A stretch of DNA of 63,876 nt, counting the filler, from Octopus bimaculoides (Eukaryota): NCBI RefSeq assembly GCF_001194135.2. It is 6 parts of 6 records of this genome, joined end to end, with 100 filler letters (N's around TTAATTAATTAA, not from the genome) between each part and the next. Parts side by side here need not be neighbours in the genome. Positions count along the whole stretch, not along the records: positions 1 to 22,776 come from NC_068982.1; 5 more parts are not named here. One strand, written 5' to 3'. Below the pieces are notes generated by a model. It was not told the DNA's origin and made no database searches. It was given only the letters and a program-made list of their open reading frames with translations. The translations under genes and the position numbers were made by a program. Below, in pieces: positions 1 to 12,974 of this stretch (the first letter of the stretch is position 1; each line of letters opens with the position of its first letter).

Positions 1-31
1 ATACAGCTATATAACATGCGATCTGCAGGGA

Positions 32-514
32 GTGACTCAAAATAAAGATGGTGTACACGAGTCATCTGTGCCCACCCGGGCCAAAGCCGCATACGTGCAA
101 AATGAAGTCAATATAAATACGGTGTACACCGGTACATCCCTGGCAGAATTTCTGTCGAGGAATAATACCGCAGATATCACCGTGAAGTGTACTCTAACTA
201 ATTGTCTCATCAACGACATTGAAACGTGTTCGAGGGTCTATGTGTTATACGAAATCGTCTGCAGTAATTGTGGGGCACTCTGTTTAGGGAGCACCACCAG
301 AAAATTGCACATACGTATAAAAGAACATATGCTCACGGACACTTCAGAAAAGAAACACTTAAAGACGAGCCAAACCCAGAATTTTAAAGTATACAACAAA
401 GCCAACCAATGCAACAGGGGTAATCTCAGAATTATGGAGGCCCTCTTTATAAGCAAATTGAGAACAGTCATTAATAACAGGAAGGAACTACAAGAAACAT
501 ACTGGTTGCTATAG
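32..514 (+). mobile_element. Penelope-like element remnant, GIY-YIG endonuclease domain (degenerate)
   Basis: The C-terminal half of the ORF (VYVLYEIVCSNCGALCLGSTTRKLHIRIKEH...LRIMEALFISKLRTVINNRKEL) follows the PLE GIY-YIG pattern: Y-x-I-x-C-xx-C, (Y)xGxTxRxLxxRxxEH, and LxIxEALxI...N. The GIY tyrosine is replaced. A hammerhead-like motif lies about 90 bp downstream. Confidence 0.8.
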
Positions 515-1375
515 CAACACCAGTCTTCACATATCGTTTTCTTTCTACTTCCCCAACACATCTATGGAACTACTTTTGCAACTAATGCTTTTTTCCAAAT
601 ATCCTGAAGGAGGGGTCATAACCCCGAAGTAGAGACATACAAGGTAAAACTGCAATTTTGCCTTGGTTTCTCTTTTTTTTTTTCCTTTTATAGTTTACCT
701 AGTACCTTCTTGCATTGTTCCGGCCTTACACAAGCAAACTCTTTATAGTGATACCACATAATGCTTCACCAAAACTACTTCATGTGTTTATATGTGTGTA
801 TGTGTGTGTGCATGTGCGTGAGTTTGTGTGTGTCTGTCTGAATGTGTGGGTGTGCATCTCTGTGTATATGAGCATCCTTATGTACATCAATCATTTCTGT
901 TTGTTCCCTTTGCATGATTATTCCTTCATTCTTTTATCCGAATTAATATTCATAATGTCACTGTGGGCACAACCAAAATATCTTTTCTTGAACTGCTTAT
1001 AATTGCCGTCTTAACTATAAGTAAATGTAAAGAAAATAGTTTCCATATGATATCGTAAGTTTGTCAACAATTGGTCTCGTGTACAAAATACTGAGATTTT
1101 GATTGTTGAAATAAATGAATGTTATGTATATGCTGAAACACCTCAACACGTGTAGTGTTTTTTAAAATGAATATTGCAAGATATTTTTTTGTTTTTGATA
1201 ATTTGATAACTTTGTAATGGTTTTATATTTCGCAAGGAAAGAAAAAAGAACAAACTTTGAAAGATACTTGCTCAGAGGGATTTTTCATCATTTCTAATCC
1301 AATGAGATTCTTTAATTAAGGGCGTTGTAATAGAGTCTGCGTTGAATTGGGAAAGACAAAAGAAAAATAGGGAGA

Positions 1376-1409
1376 AAGAGAGAGAGATAGAGAGAGAGAG
1401 AGACAGAGA

Positions 1410-1479
<70 letters not shown>
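1376..1479. repeat. (AG)n microsatellite
   Basis: Near-pure GA dinucleotide run, seen directly. Confidence 0.95.
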
Positions 1480-1483
<4 letters not shown>

Positions 1484-2139
1484 AATTATCAAAATGTATA
1501 TTATTTTAATGCAAGAATTCTGTATGAGAATTTTAAAACGACAGCTATGATTACGACTTTCATTATTCAAATGTCAGTAATGCTATGGAAACCAATGCAC
1601 TTCAAGGAATATTTCCACTGTGGTTATCTAACTTAATTAGAATGGAACTTTTAGTTACCTTAAAGAATAGAAAAAAATTAATTGCTACTATAGTTAAGAG
1701 CAATTTTGTGAGATTCGAGAATAATGATTTCAGTTTCCCACAACTCTTTCGATCTTCGCGTTGTACTCTCGTAGCTAAACAGATTACCTCATTTAGATTA
1801 CATGAATGACCTTGAAGCAACGAATCACCTGTAATTTGATGACAATTTTATGTGAAAAGCAGTTCTCCTAATGATCCGTTACAATCAAATTTTCCCTGTT
1901 GCAAAACATGTCGACTGCGTTACAGTAACCATTCTTGAATTACAATAATCAGAATAGTTGAAGATCGCTTTGTTGTTGATGTGCGTACGTTAGTTGGTGT
2001 GTTGTTTATTGGTATTTGAAACGACTCGTGTTGTTGCTTTCCGAAGCAGACGATCGTTTATAACATAGAACCATTTGTAATAAGTATGATGATTACTATA
2101 ATGGCATGTAATTTATAAACATGGTCAGCCATTTAAGGT

Positions 2140-2270
2140 GTAGGGATTAGTCGATGCCATCGTTGCCAGTACTCGATAGTACTTCACTTTTCATCGGCTC
2201 CGGTGGAGAATAGAGAGAGAAGTGACTACAATGGAACTTGACCGCAAAACATACAGAACCGGAAGATATA
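2140..2270 (-). mobile_element. Highly degenerate SINE family A copy
   Basis: tagtcgatgccatcg...cagtactcgatagtactt resembles the reverse complement of the family A core (aagtaccagt...gtcgatgtaatcgact). Confidence 0.35.
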
Positions 2271-2753
2271 CTACAAATTACTCTTTTGACACTGTCGATT
2301 TTGCAGTGTTTGCTGCCCTACGGAATTTATAATAATGATGCAGGAATATAAGACCTTATATGAATTGTGAGAATCTAATCATTTTAACACCAAACGGTGT
2401 TTCATTAACTACATTAATTCAGTTTCTATCTCATATAAAAACACATCATTTATTTGAGACATAAATTTGATAATCTTCCATATGCATGTTTTTTTTTTTA
2501 TAACTTGTCTTTCTCATGCGTATATTTTAGATGCTTTTCATCCTGTTTCAAACGAATGTGTTTTATGAAAGACTCCAGAAGAAATGATCTTGTAATTGGA
2601 TTTCTCAATAAAAATCTTTACGCATATAATCTACGATGGTATGATTATTTCTAAAAATGGTTCCTTGATATGTGCGGCCTAAACTCCTAAATGCAAAAGT
2701 TATATTTTACGAGATAAATCTTTCAAAGAACGTAGATGATCATATTCAAGATA

Positions 2754-3171
2754 CAGGGTGATTCAATTATGTACAGCTAATATTTGAATATTAACATGAG
2801 GTCGGTGAATGTACAGTTCGGGCCCGAATAGCTAAATGAAGGGTTTTATGAAATGAGTACAACGATATGTGATGCATGCAAAGGGGAAAAGAAATTCCTT
2901 CGAAGGAATTCAGGAGCGCGATAATGACATGATTGAGTGTGGTTTAGTATTCAATAAATTAGGTTATGTGGAACAACAGTATTCTTTCGTTCTTTTCTTT
3001 TATCCGTTTCAGTTATTTAACTGCAGCCATGCTTGAGTAGCGCTTGTAGTCGAACAAATCAACCCCGGGATTTATTCTTTATGAACCTTGTAGTTATATT
3101 TTGTCTATTGTGTGGAACACCAACTTCAGTTGTCAAACGATGGTTGGAGCTAAATACGGTCACATAAACAT

Positions 3172-3224
<53 letters not shown>

Positions 3225-3861
3225 TATAAAGGGGTGGGGAGGTTCAAAAGATTTGATATCACTTCGCGATCTAATAACTTTGCCAGTTCTTGTTCAAATG
3301 ACTTCAGATTTTAACAGCATATGTAGTCAAAATTCCATCTTTAATGTTTGATATGTTTATCGTTTCAGGTATAGAAATGGCATTCACTGAAAAAGAAAAG
3401 TTTTTGTTTTGTGTGTTGGCGTTATAGAACTAAATAGTAACAATTCACTATTATATACTATTAATTGATTTTCTATGCATGTATACTATAAGTGAGAAAA
3501 CTGCATATTAATTAGGTATGTAACGCTTACTAAAAGTAGTGAAAAAATCAATTATGAAAGGATTGGCCGTCTGGAAATACTTTTATAAATTCATATTCAA
3601 AGAAATTTCCTATAATTTCGATTTTTCAACTTTATTGAATATTCTTAACTCCAATTTTTCGTAAATTTAAATATTCACTTCATCCAATTCATCACATATT
3701 TGAATATTCATCGTATTCACTACGGAGTATTCCATTTTCAATTGCAAAGTCCCTCACTTTCTCTTTTAAGTTTTAATTCGCTATTAATGTATACGTAATG
3801 TAAAAAACATTGTTTATTGAATGATTTTTTTTTAAATAGCCGTATCATTTTTGAACGCTGG
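2754..3861 (+). mobile_element. Degenerate Tc1/mariner-type DNA transposon remnant (interrupted by a SINE)
   Basis: TA|CAGGGTGATTCAATTATGTACAGCTA at 2752 loosely matches the reverse complement of TAGCCGTATCATTTTTGAACGCTGG ending at 3861. An internal ATGGCATTCACTGAAAAAGAAAAG...TGTGTG (MAFTEKEK..FCV) near 3378 resembles Tc1/mariner transposase N-termini. Confidence 0.4.
2995..3175 (-). mobile_element. SINE family B, 3' half
   Basis: gtttcagttatttaactgcagccatgcttgagtagcgc...gtcgaacaaatcaacccc...caccaacttcagttgtcaa matches the reverse complement of the family B tails at 27550-27748 and 48600-48810. It runs into (CA)n. Confidence 0.65.
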
Positions 3862-4943
3862 ATAGCTGTGACAAGAGCCTAGTCAGTTGGACAATTACTA
3901 TTAGAAGACGAGGACAAAAAAATGTCACCGACAAGTACTCGAAGCTTGCACCTTATTCACAGTTTTGTGAAGTTTTGTTATTGAACAGGTTGCGGTTTCA
4001 AAGCTACGAAAATATTTTGACACAAGCTAAGTCTTAATGCTGAAATATTTGTGTGTTCTTGAATGGTTTACAAACATCTTCCATACTCCAATCGTTTTTG
4101 TTCCAGTACACGATCTCAGATCAAGTCACTTGTTATGCAAGTACATCGCCATAATGTTTTTTTTAAAATCACTATGGATAAATGCTAGCAATAACCTCAG
4201 CTCTCTGGTATTTTAATTTCTAAACAGAAACAATCGGCGGTAGGGAGTGGGGTTGCGACAAATTCATAATTTCTTAAATTTTCTTTTTTACAACATATAA
4301 ATGTATTTATTGGGGAAAATATTGAAAAACATCAATATATGCGAGAGTGATGAAGAAACGGGGTGGGTTATGTTTGGATGTGTTAGAAACAACAACCAAA
4401 TCGCACTTAAAACATTTTTCTTTCTGAAAATATTTACAATTAAATTTTTTTTACCGAAAATGCTCTTCCGATGGTTTTGAAGTGCAGAAAATATTGATCA
4501 AAATATGTCTGGAGTAGGATGATGAGTGATGGGGTGGTGTAAAAGAAGTGAGTTTTCAAAACGTTTTTCATACAAAGCTGCCACCCCGAAAACGCTTTCT
4601 CCACAAATTTCTTTATAATCGTAAGTTATTCCGTTTGAAAAGGATTTGTATAAATTTTCAGTAAAAGATACCCATCTTCCTGAAAGTTATGAGGGAAAAA
4701 AGTCAGATCGTGTGAATTTTCTGAAACTCCGCTCTCCACCCACTCGCAAAATTCTTTCCCATAAATCCGTATATACTCAGAAGCCACAACATCGATACGG
4801 TATTTGTAGAAATGTTTGTTAAAAAGTATCCATTTTTCTTGATGTTATGAGGCAACAAATTCGGTGCCGTGTATATCTGTAGTAATGCCCTTTTATTTAT
4901 ACGATTTTTTCATTTCATGTTTATTTTATTCATTGTTTGCAAT

Positions 4944-5002
<59 letters not shown>

Positions 5003-5463
5003 TACACACACACACATACAAGCTGCAAAGCTTATAGGTGGGCTGCTGAATTGAAATATCTATGTTAATTTGAGGGACACTTGACAAATTGCTTCTCCCT
5101 CAGGTGCTGGACTTTTGTTTAAAAAAGAGAGATTATGACTGATAAAATAATTAAAGCAATATTTGCTAAGGAAGTGATCACAATTATACAACGAAATAAT
5201 TAGACGTAAGACATAAAAATTATCAGAAATGGTAATCAAATGTGAAAATATTATGAAAGAGCTTGCAGAAAAACTCTCGGAGGGCGGTCTTTCTGCTAGT
5301 TTTACTAATTATTATAAGCAGGCAGTATACCTGGAATAACCGCGGGTCTGGATTAGAACTGGACATTAAGAGGATACAAATCGTCAGTTAATTTTCAAAA
5401 ACAAAAGGCTGGCCATTAAGAAACTGTTACTCACTGTACATTGCTGATTATTTTCTTTCCCAG

Positions 5464-6935
5464 TCTGTCGTTCCAGTCTTCAAAAACGGAAAGAAATCTC
5501 TTCCAGTGAACTACCATCCGATTTTACTCACTTCTCATATCATTAAAGTATGTGAGAGGGTGATGAGGTCGCGAATAACTCACTTCCTCGAAGACAACAA
5601 TCCGCTGAACCCCCAACCAGCATGGTTTCCATGATGGCAGAGATTGCCTGTCGCAACTTCTGCACCATTTTGATGACAGCTTAAAAGCGTTGGGAGAGGG
5701 CTCCAACACTGACCTCATATACCTTGATTTCAGCAAGGCATTTGACGGAGGAAACTACAAAACCCCGCTGAAGAAACTGTCCAACATTGGAGTCCGTGGA
5801 TATCTGCTGCAGTGGATAAAGTGTTTCCTGACAAACAGAACCCAACATGTTGTGTTTGCGGGAATACAATCCCGCTGAGCCAAATTCAGTAGTGGTGGTC
5901 ACGAGGTACTGTGTTGGGCCCGCTCCTCTTCATTATTTACATCAACGACATAGTAGATGTCATCAAACATTCTACATTGAAAATCTTTGCAGATGATTCC
6001 AAACTCCAGAAAGCCATAAACAGCATGAGGGACCCAACATGCCTTCTCTCAGATCTGTTTGCTATTGTCCAATGGGAGGGAAAAAAACAATATTCTTCTC
6101 AATGAAGATAAGTTTGATTTGATCTACTTTGGAAAAGGGGACACTCTGAAATTACCATATTTTCTTCCCTCAGGCGACTCTCTAGTGTCATTCAACAACA
6201 CCAGAGACCTTGGAGTAATTGTTGATAAGAATCTAAGCTGAAGTTCCCACGTAAACAGCAAGGTTGACTTGGCCCGCAAGATATGCTCCTGGACTCTGAG
6301 AAATTTCCGGTCTAGAGATGCCTATAACATCATCCTTCTCTACTCTACTTTTTTCCGCCTCCACCTTGAAAACTGTTGCCCGCTGTATCCCCCCCCCCAT
6401 ACGAAGCAACTTATTATGAAAGTAGAAGCTCTCCAGAGGTCAATAAGAAGAACGATAGACCGCATGACAAGCATTGATTATTGGGGTCAAGTAAAAAAAC
6501 TCAATCTATGCTTTCTCCAACGCCGCCGGGAGCGCTACATTATTAGTGTTATGTGGAAAATATTCCATCAATATTACACAGATGGTGTTGGCATCAATTT
6601 TTAAATCTATCCAAAACTTGGCCCCCATGCTATCCGCCCAATTCAAAAATTCGAACTCGGTACACATACCAACATTACATCACAATTACTTTACCTCAAC
6701 CGGTTCAGCTCTCTTTAATACCATACCAAAATACGTCAAAACGGAAACAGGTCTCATAAAATTCAAATGTTCACTAGACAAATTTCTTCAAAATATCCTG
6801 GACCAACCTCCTACACTCGGATATGTCACCAACAATGATAACTCTTTGCTCGAGTGGGCCATGGTGCTTCAACAGGTTGTACTATGAAGTCAGACATGGT
6901 CTGGGCCTATACTGGCCGAAACCTATGAAAATTAT
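5464..6935 (+). mobile_element. 5'-truncated CR1/L2-group (Jockey-group) non-LTR retrotransposon, frameshifted RT pseudogene
   Basis: Across frames: VVPVFKNG...NYHPILLTSHIIKVCER, NQHGFHDG, DLIYLDFSKAFD, LLQWIKCFLTNRTQHV, LGPLLFIIYINDI, FADDSKL, RDLGVIVD, LQRRRERY and a CR1-type C-terminus. It carries several frameshifts and stops. Confidence 0.92.
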
Positions 6936-7531
6936 CAACGTTATATACACATACACAGGTATATTAGTGAAACAAATTCCAACTTTCGCTGATTTTCAGC
7001 TTTTATTTACAATCTAATAATAATATAACATAAGATAATATAATATAATGAAATGATAGAATATTAAATGTCCATTCTGATTCAAGTCGTACTTTCATAC
7101 ATTAAACTATACCATCTTCAGTTTCGTGTAGTAGTAGTGACAGTTTTATATATATATATACACACACACTGTACACGGTTATTTGTACATATGTCATGCA
7201 ATTTTATGTGAATTATTTTGTTGTTCTTTAAATCTGCTGTTGTATGCACCTCTAATATTTACTAATGAATATATCATTGATTTTATGAGTGTCACTTTAT
7301 ATAAGCAGTCAGCATAAATAGACACATTTTCATAGATATTCCAGGTAGAATTTTCGGACGATATTCTCAAATTATTGATTAAAAAATTATATTTATTATA
7401 AATGATTTATAGGATACAGTAATGGTATTTCCTCGTGAATAGAAATTAAATGAAATGCATCCGAAAGCAATTCACTAGAATGTATAATGCTTTCCTCCCT
7501 GTGTGTTATTAACTAGCATAATCATTTACGC

Positions 7532-7649
7532 GATCATTAATTCTCGCATTCAATTTATAGCATTTATGATATTCGCTAAATTATTAAATTTTTGATTCAT
7601 AGTAAAATGGTATGTAGCTATTTTGCAATAATGAATGTTCACGATATTA
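7532..7649 (+). repeat. 118-bp direct repeat, copy 1
   Basis: Aligns without gaps to 8970-9087, with 8 mismatches counted by eye. Confidence 0.9.
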
Positions 7650-7810
7650 AGTATTATTTTTGCTTATAAATACGCGTTTTCTAATTCATAAGCAACACAA
7701 TATATATTTCCTCTTCTCTTTTAATTGCATAAATTTTAAATTGAATTTCAATTTGATCTCTGCTAATTAGCATCGACCAGGTAATATATTTCATCAGTAT
7801 CAAAGATGGA

Positions 7811-7841
<31 letters not shown>

Positions 7842-8280
7842 CATACATATANNNNNNNNNNNNNNNNNNNNNNNNNNNNNNNNNNNNNNNNNNNNNNNNN
7901 NNNNNNNNNNNNNNNNNNNNNNNNNNNNNNNNNNNNNNNNNNNNNNNNNNNNNNNNNNNNNNNNNNNNNNNNNNNNNNNNNNNNNNNNNNNNNNNNNNNN
8001 NNNNNNNNNNNNNNNNNNNNNNNNNNNNNNNNNNNNNNNNNNNNNNNNNNNNNNNNNNNNNNNNNNNNNNNNNNNNNNNNNNNNNNNNNNNNNNNNNNNN
8101 NNNNNNNNNNNNNNNNNNNNNNNNNNNNNNNNNNNNNNNNNNNNNNNNNNNNNNNNNNNNNNNNNNNNNNNNNNNNNNNNNNNNNNNNNNNNNNNNNNNN
8201 NNNNNNNNNNNNNNNNNNNNNNNNNNNNNNNNNNNNNNNNNNNNNNNNNNNNNNNNNNNNNNNNNNNNNNNNNNNNNNNN

Positions 8281-8342
<62 letters not shown>

Positions 8343-8969
8343 GAACATCTTTCATAGGTAAAAATACAAAATTTTAAGTAGCACCCCCTTTATATCCACC
8401 CCAGATATAACTTGACACACTCTTATACAAACACACGCGCTCACACACACACAGAAGCGCAAACTCACACACGTATCTTTATCTCTTCTTTCTTTCTCTC
8501 TCTCTTCATTCTTCCTCTCTCCCTTGTTTCTTTCTCTCTCTCTTCTCTCTTTCTCTCCTTTAATATGGTCTTTAGGTTATGACTGCAGAACGCATGGAAC
8601 TTTTTTGGTGCAAACACGTAGAAACCGGACTCCAGTCAGTTAATAGAAGTTTGATTTTTCAACAAAATTTGCCTTCGCTACAGCATGCACTCAAAGTTAC
8701 TCCACAGTCACTCAGAGTAAAATGTAATCATTTCTCACTCTTTTGATTCTTTTTCTTTTTGTTACATATGTAACACTCCACTTGTGATGAAATATATATT
8801 TTCATTCAAACTTTTATACGCAAACATTTATTATGTAAAATTATCCTTTTATTTTGTATTTTTGCTTCCATATATTGAAATGCAATGACTATTTACCCCT
8901 TATGTTAAAAGTTAAATCAAGTCTCGTTTTATTCAAACAAACAATATACATATGCGTACAAACATACGT

Positions 8970-9087
8970 GATCATTAATTCTCTAATTCAATTTATAGCG
9001 TTTATAATATTCGCTACATTATTAAATTTTTGATTCGTAGTAAAATGGTATGCAGCTATTTTGCAATAATGAATGTTCGCGATATTA
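8970..9087 (+). repeat. 118-bp direct repeat, copy 2
   Basis: Aligns without gaps to 7532-7649. It directly abuts the PLE RT fragment. Confidence 0.9.
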
Positions 9088-9500
9088 TATCATATGATAG
9101 TGTTGATGTCTGTAATCTTGTGGTTTTATTTATATTGAATACATTAAATCCATTAAGATATAGATACCCAACTCATGACATTGGCCTACACCGTGACGAG
9201 GGTTTTGGGTTTTTCCCATGGGTGTGATGGTCACAGCCTTGATAGATTTAGGAAGGAGCTAGTTTATACCTTTCATGAATTAAGACTTAAAATTAGAGCT
9301 GCTAGGGGTCTCTATATAGTTGATTATTTACATGTTTTCCTAGACTTACACTCCTCCTCGTATAAACCTTTCCATAAGCCTAATGAGAACCTCGCATATA
9401 TACAAAAACAGTCTTGTCAATCACCTATAGTATTTAAAGATGTGATAGCTATTTCTAATAACAGGGTGTCTAACCTCTCCCTTTCCAAAGAAACTTTCGA
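9088..9500 (+). mobile_element. Penelope-like element reverse transcriptase fragment
   Basis: SYDSVDVCNLVVLFILNTL resembles SYDGAEVCELVGLYIL, and IGLHRDEG resembles IGLYRDDG. It continues FRKELVYTFHELRLKI, VDYLHVFLDL, YKPFHKPNENLAYIQKQS and RVSNLSLSKETF, the RT core to thumb of PLEs, with one frameshift. Confidence 0.8.
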
Positions 9501-9935
9501 GGGTTTGTGTGTTTGTGTGTATGTATATATATACGTTCAACCCTTTGTGATTACGTATCTATGCCTCTGTGTCTGTTTATGTACGTGCGCGAGTGCATGT
9601 TAGTGTGTGAGTGTATGGGTGGGTGCGTTTGTTGGAAATGAGAGTGTGGGTACTCGATAGGGCGCAAGACAACCGAAAGAAATACACATGTATATTTTTG
9701 GAGACGTAATGCTAAACCGATTGTCACCATCCCGCAACTATTTCAAACCGACGTTGGAGATGTTCACCGCATTTTTTCAATTGTTATCACTTTTGCATTA
9801 AGGGCACAACTCTAGCATCCAGTCCACCGAATACTTAATAATTGAATACTTATACTTATCAGAACATAGTTTCTACGGCTTATACACAGTTTCACGCCAG
9901 ATTTTATGAATATACAAATATAAAAAAATAAATAT

Positions 9936-10180
9936 TTCCTTCTCGAGCCATGCCAGGCTCATTGAAGGCTGGTTTACTGGTTTCAATGGCGCATATAGTC
10001 CCCATCTGGACGGGATGCCTGTTCGTCGCAGGATTACGCATTGTTTCCTGCTGAGTTAACTAGAATAACGTGAAACGAAGTGTTTTTCTCAAGAACAGAT
10101 CGCGTTGCATGGTCCAGGAATCGAAACCACAATCTTACAACCATGAGTCCAACACCCTAAGCACTAAGCCACACACCTCC
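9936..10180 (-). mobile_element. tRNA-derived SINE (short core type; tail shared with 44880-45214)
   Basis: The minus strand starts GGAGGTGTGTGGCTTAGTGCTTAGG (A box) ... GGTTTCGATTCC (B box). It continues with a gatctgttcttgagaaaaacacttcgtttcac core and a tail nearly collinear with 44893-44977. Confidence 0.75.
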
Positions 10181-11180
10181 ACTATAAATAGAAAACAGCC
10201 TCTCAAATACCGGCATCAGTTATTATTCGAAGAATACTTTAGTCTTAGATCTCATACCCTATCAACATACAGATAGGAATTTGTTTTTTTTATAAATCGA
10301 AAGAACACATAACGGTATGCATTACTCTTCTATCGTTATGTAGGTAATTAGAGTAATGTTTTAATACATTCGTGTCCTATGCACGCAATGTTCTGTAGAT
10401 TTAATCTCAGTTAGTACAGGCCAGATTCTAGTACGACATTGTCTACATTGATAGCTGTATCCTGAAATACCATTACAAAGTTATGGTCGCTGATATCTTC
10501 TCGTATACTTTCTGCAATCTCCTCATTGACACAGATTCACTGAGTGAACAATGGAAAATATTTCGATGCATGTAACCGTAAGTGCTTCTTACAAAAACTT
10601 TTTGAATAGCATGGAAAACGTGACTTTGTATTTCTCATAAGATGCCTAATAGCTTATTGCCGAAACGACCACTTATTTTATTCATATATCGTTGCTGCGC
10701 CTTTATTCTCATCGAAAGTCTCATTAATAAAGTGCACGTATATAAACAATAGTGTTTGACCTATCATTGAAACGCTTTCCATTGGTGATATATATAACAG
10801 TCATTTTATTGCTGGTCTTCTGGTAGTTGAGGTCGTATTTGTAGTAGTGTTTGAAATTGTTTAGTCGACGATGTCAAAGGTGGAATCCACAGTTTTTATT
10901 GCTCTACTGAATCATTAACCATGGCTTAGGTTTTCAAAAGAGACACTACTAATGCAGAGTAAACCAACAACGTGTGATGCATAGAGTTGACAGTTATTTA
11001 AACCAAAATGGGATTACATCACTGAAAATGTATAACAATTGGTGTGCACCTAACCACTTTTCTTTTTACTGTCCATAAAACGCTGCGTGTGTGTATTCAC
11101 ACACATACACACGCACATACACGCAGAGACACACACACGTATACGTACATATATATGTACATGAAAATAGTGTTAACGTT

Positions 11181-11224
<44 letters not shown>

Positions 11225-11226
11225 TA

Positions 11227-11866
11227 TTTCTGGTCACCAGTCACCATTCGGTCAAAAAAAAGGTTCATTCGTGAGACATGACATCAAAGGGCACGTATTC
11301 ACTCACTGCGATTAGACTTGAAAACTTTGTGAAGAACACATTGAGCCAATTTGCTGATATTTACAGTTTGCAGCTACCTATAAATCGTTGAATGACCAAA
11401 TCCAAGATTCTCTGCTACTTCCTCAACAGTTACGATGGGATTTTGGTCCAACAGGGTTTGCAGGACGTCCTCATCGACATATACAGGTCTTCTAGGATGT
11501 GGAGCGTCTTCTAGGCTGTAGGTTCCGGCTCGGAATTTCTGCAACTACCTATGATACTGCCTTTTGTTTATCTTCCGATCCCCACATACTGTATTAATTT
11601 CCCTCGCAGTTTCCGTTGCGTAGTTGTCTTTATTGAACTCATAAAGCAATATATGCCGAATATGCACCTTTGTATCTTCCGTTGTATTTTTGAAAATATA
11701 AATGTTACAATTGAAAAGGACTCTTCAAAACTTGCACTAAGAGTAAGTAGAAGATAAAATTACTCTCTGCTTTTATAGTAAGTTGATACAGGTTGTTTAT
11801 TCCGTCCCCCTCCGACTTTTATTTCATGCAGTGGAAAAAACTGCATTATTGATGGGATGACCCAAC

Positions 11867-11867
<1 letters not shown>
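11227..11867 (-). mobile_element. mariner (DD34D-type) transposon, 5' TIR plus N-terminal half of the transposase (pseudogene)
   Basis: Minus-strand translation: EDTKVHIRHILLYEFNKDNYATETAREINTVCG...KFRAGTYSLEDAPHPRRPVYVDEDVLQTLLDQNPIVTVEEVAENLGFGHSTI...EPFFDRMVTGDQK. This gives two HTH regions and the first catalytic D. The end reads TTGGGTCATCCC, TIR-like. Confidence 0.88.
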
Positions 11868-11926
<59 letters not shown>

Positions 11927-12974
11927 NNNNNNNNNNNNNNNNNNNNNNNNNNNNNNNNNNNNNNNNNNNNNNNNNNNNNNNNNNNNNNNNNNNNNNNNNN
12001 NNNNNNNNNNNNNNNNNNNNNNNNNNNNNNNNNNNNNNNNNNNNNNNNNNNNNNNNNNNNNNNNNNNNNNNNNNNNNNNNNNNNNNNNNNNNNNNNNNNN
12101 NNNNNNNNNNNNNNNNNNNNNNNNNNNNNNNNNNNNNNNNNNNNNNNNNNNNNNNNNNNNNNNNNNNNNNNNNNNNNNNNNNNNNNNNNNNNNNNNNNNN
12201 NNNNNNNNNNNNNNNNNNNNNNNNNNNNNNNNNNNNNNNNNNNNNNNNNNNNNNNNNNNNNNNNNNNNNNNNNNNNNNNNNNNNNNNNNNNNNNNNNNNN
12301 NNNNNNNNNNNNNNNNNNNNNNNNNNNNNNNNNNNNNNNNNNNNNNNNNNNNNNNNNNNNNNNNNNNNNNNNNNNNNNNNNNNNNNNNNNNNNNNNNNNN
12401 NNNNNNNNNNNNNNNNNNNNNNNNNNNNNNNNNNNNNNNNNNNNNNNNNNNNNNNNNNNNNNNNNNNNNNNNNNNNNNNNNNNNNNNNNNNNNNNNNNNN
12501 NNNNNNNNNNNNNNNNNNNNNNNNNNNNNNNNNNNNNNNNNNNNNNNNNNNNNNNNNNNNNNNNNNNNNNNNNNNNNNNNNNNNNNNNNNNNNNNNNNNN
12601 NNNNNNNNNNNNNNNNNNNNNNNNNNNNNNNNNNNNNNNNNNNNNNNNNNNNNNNNNNNNNNNNNNNNNNNNNNNNNNNNNNNNNNNNNNNNNNNNNNNN
12701 NNNNNNNNNNNNNNNNNNNNNNNNNNNNNNNNNNNNNNNNNNNNNNNNNNNNNNNNNNNNNNNNNNNNNNNNNNNNNNNNNNNNNNNNNNNNNNNNNNNN
12801 NNNNNNNNNNNNNNNNNNNNNNNNNNNNNNNNNNNNNNNNNNNNNNNNNNNNNNNNNNNNNNNNNNNNNNNNNNNNNNNNNNNNNNNNNGTATATTTATG
12901 ATATATATATAATACAAAACAAAAAAGCGGAAAATCCCAAATATGTATATGTTTTTTTTTTATATATATGATAA

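Noticed and set aside
4200-4880. Non-simple segment that looks like a non-autonomous DNA or rolling-circle element
   Set aside because: There is no second copy, TIR, TSD or clear terminal hairpin in the window, so it cannot be classified.
10634-10670. CATAAGATGCC...GCCGAAACG hammerhead-like string
   Set aside because: The core box, stem II and cleavage triplet are too degenerate, and there is no second copy for support.
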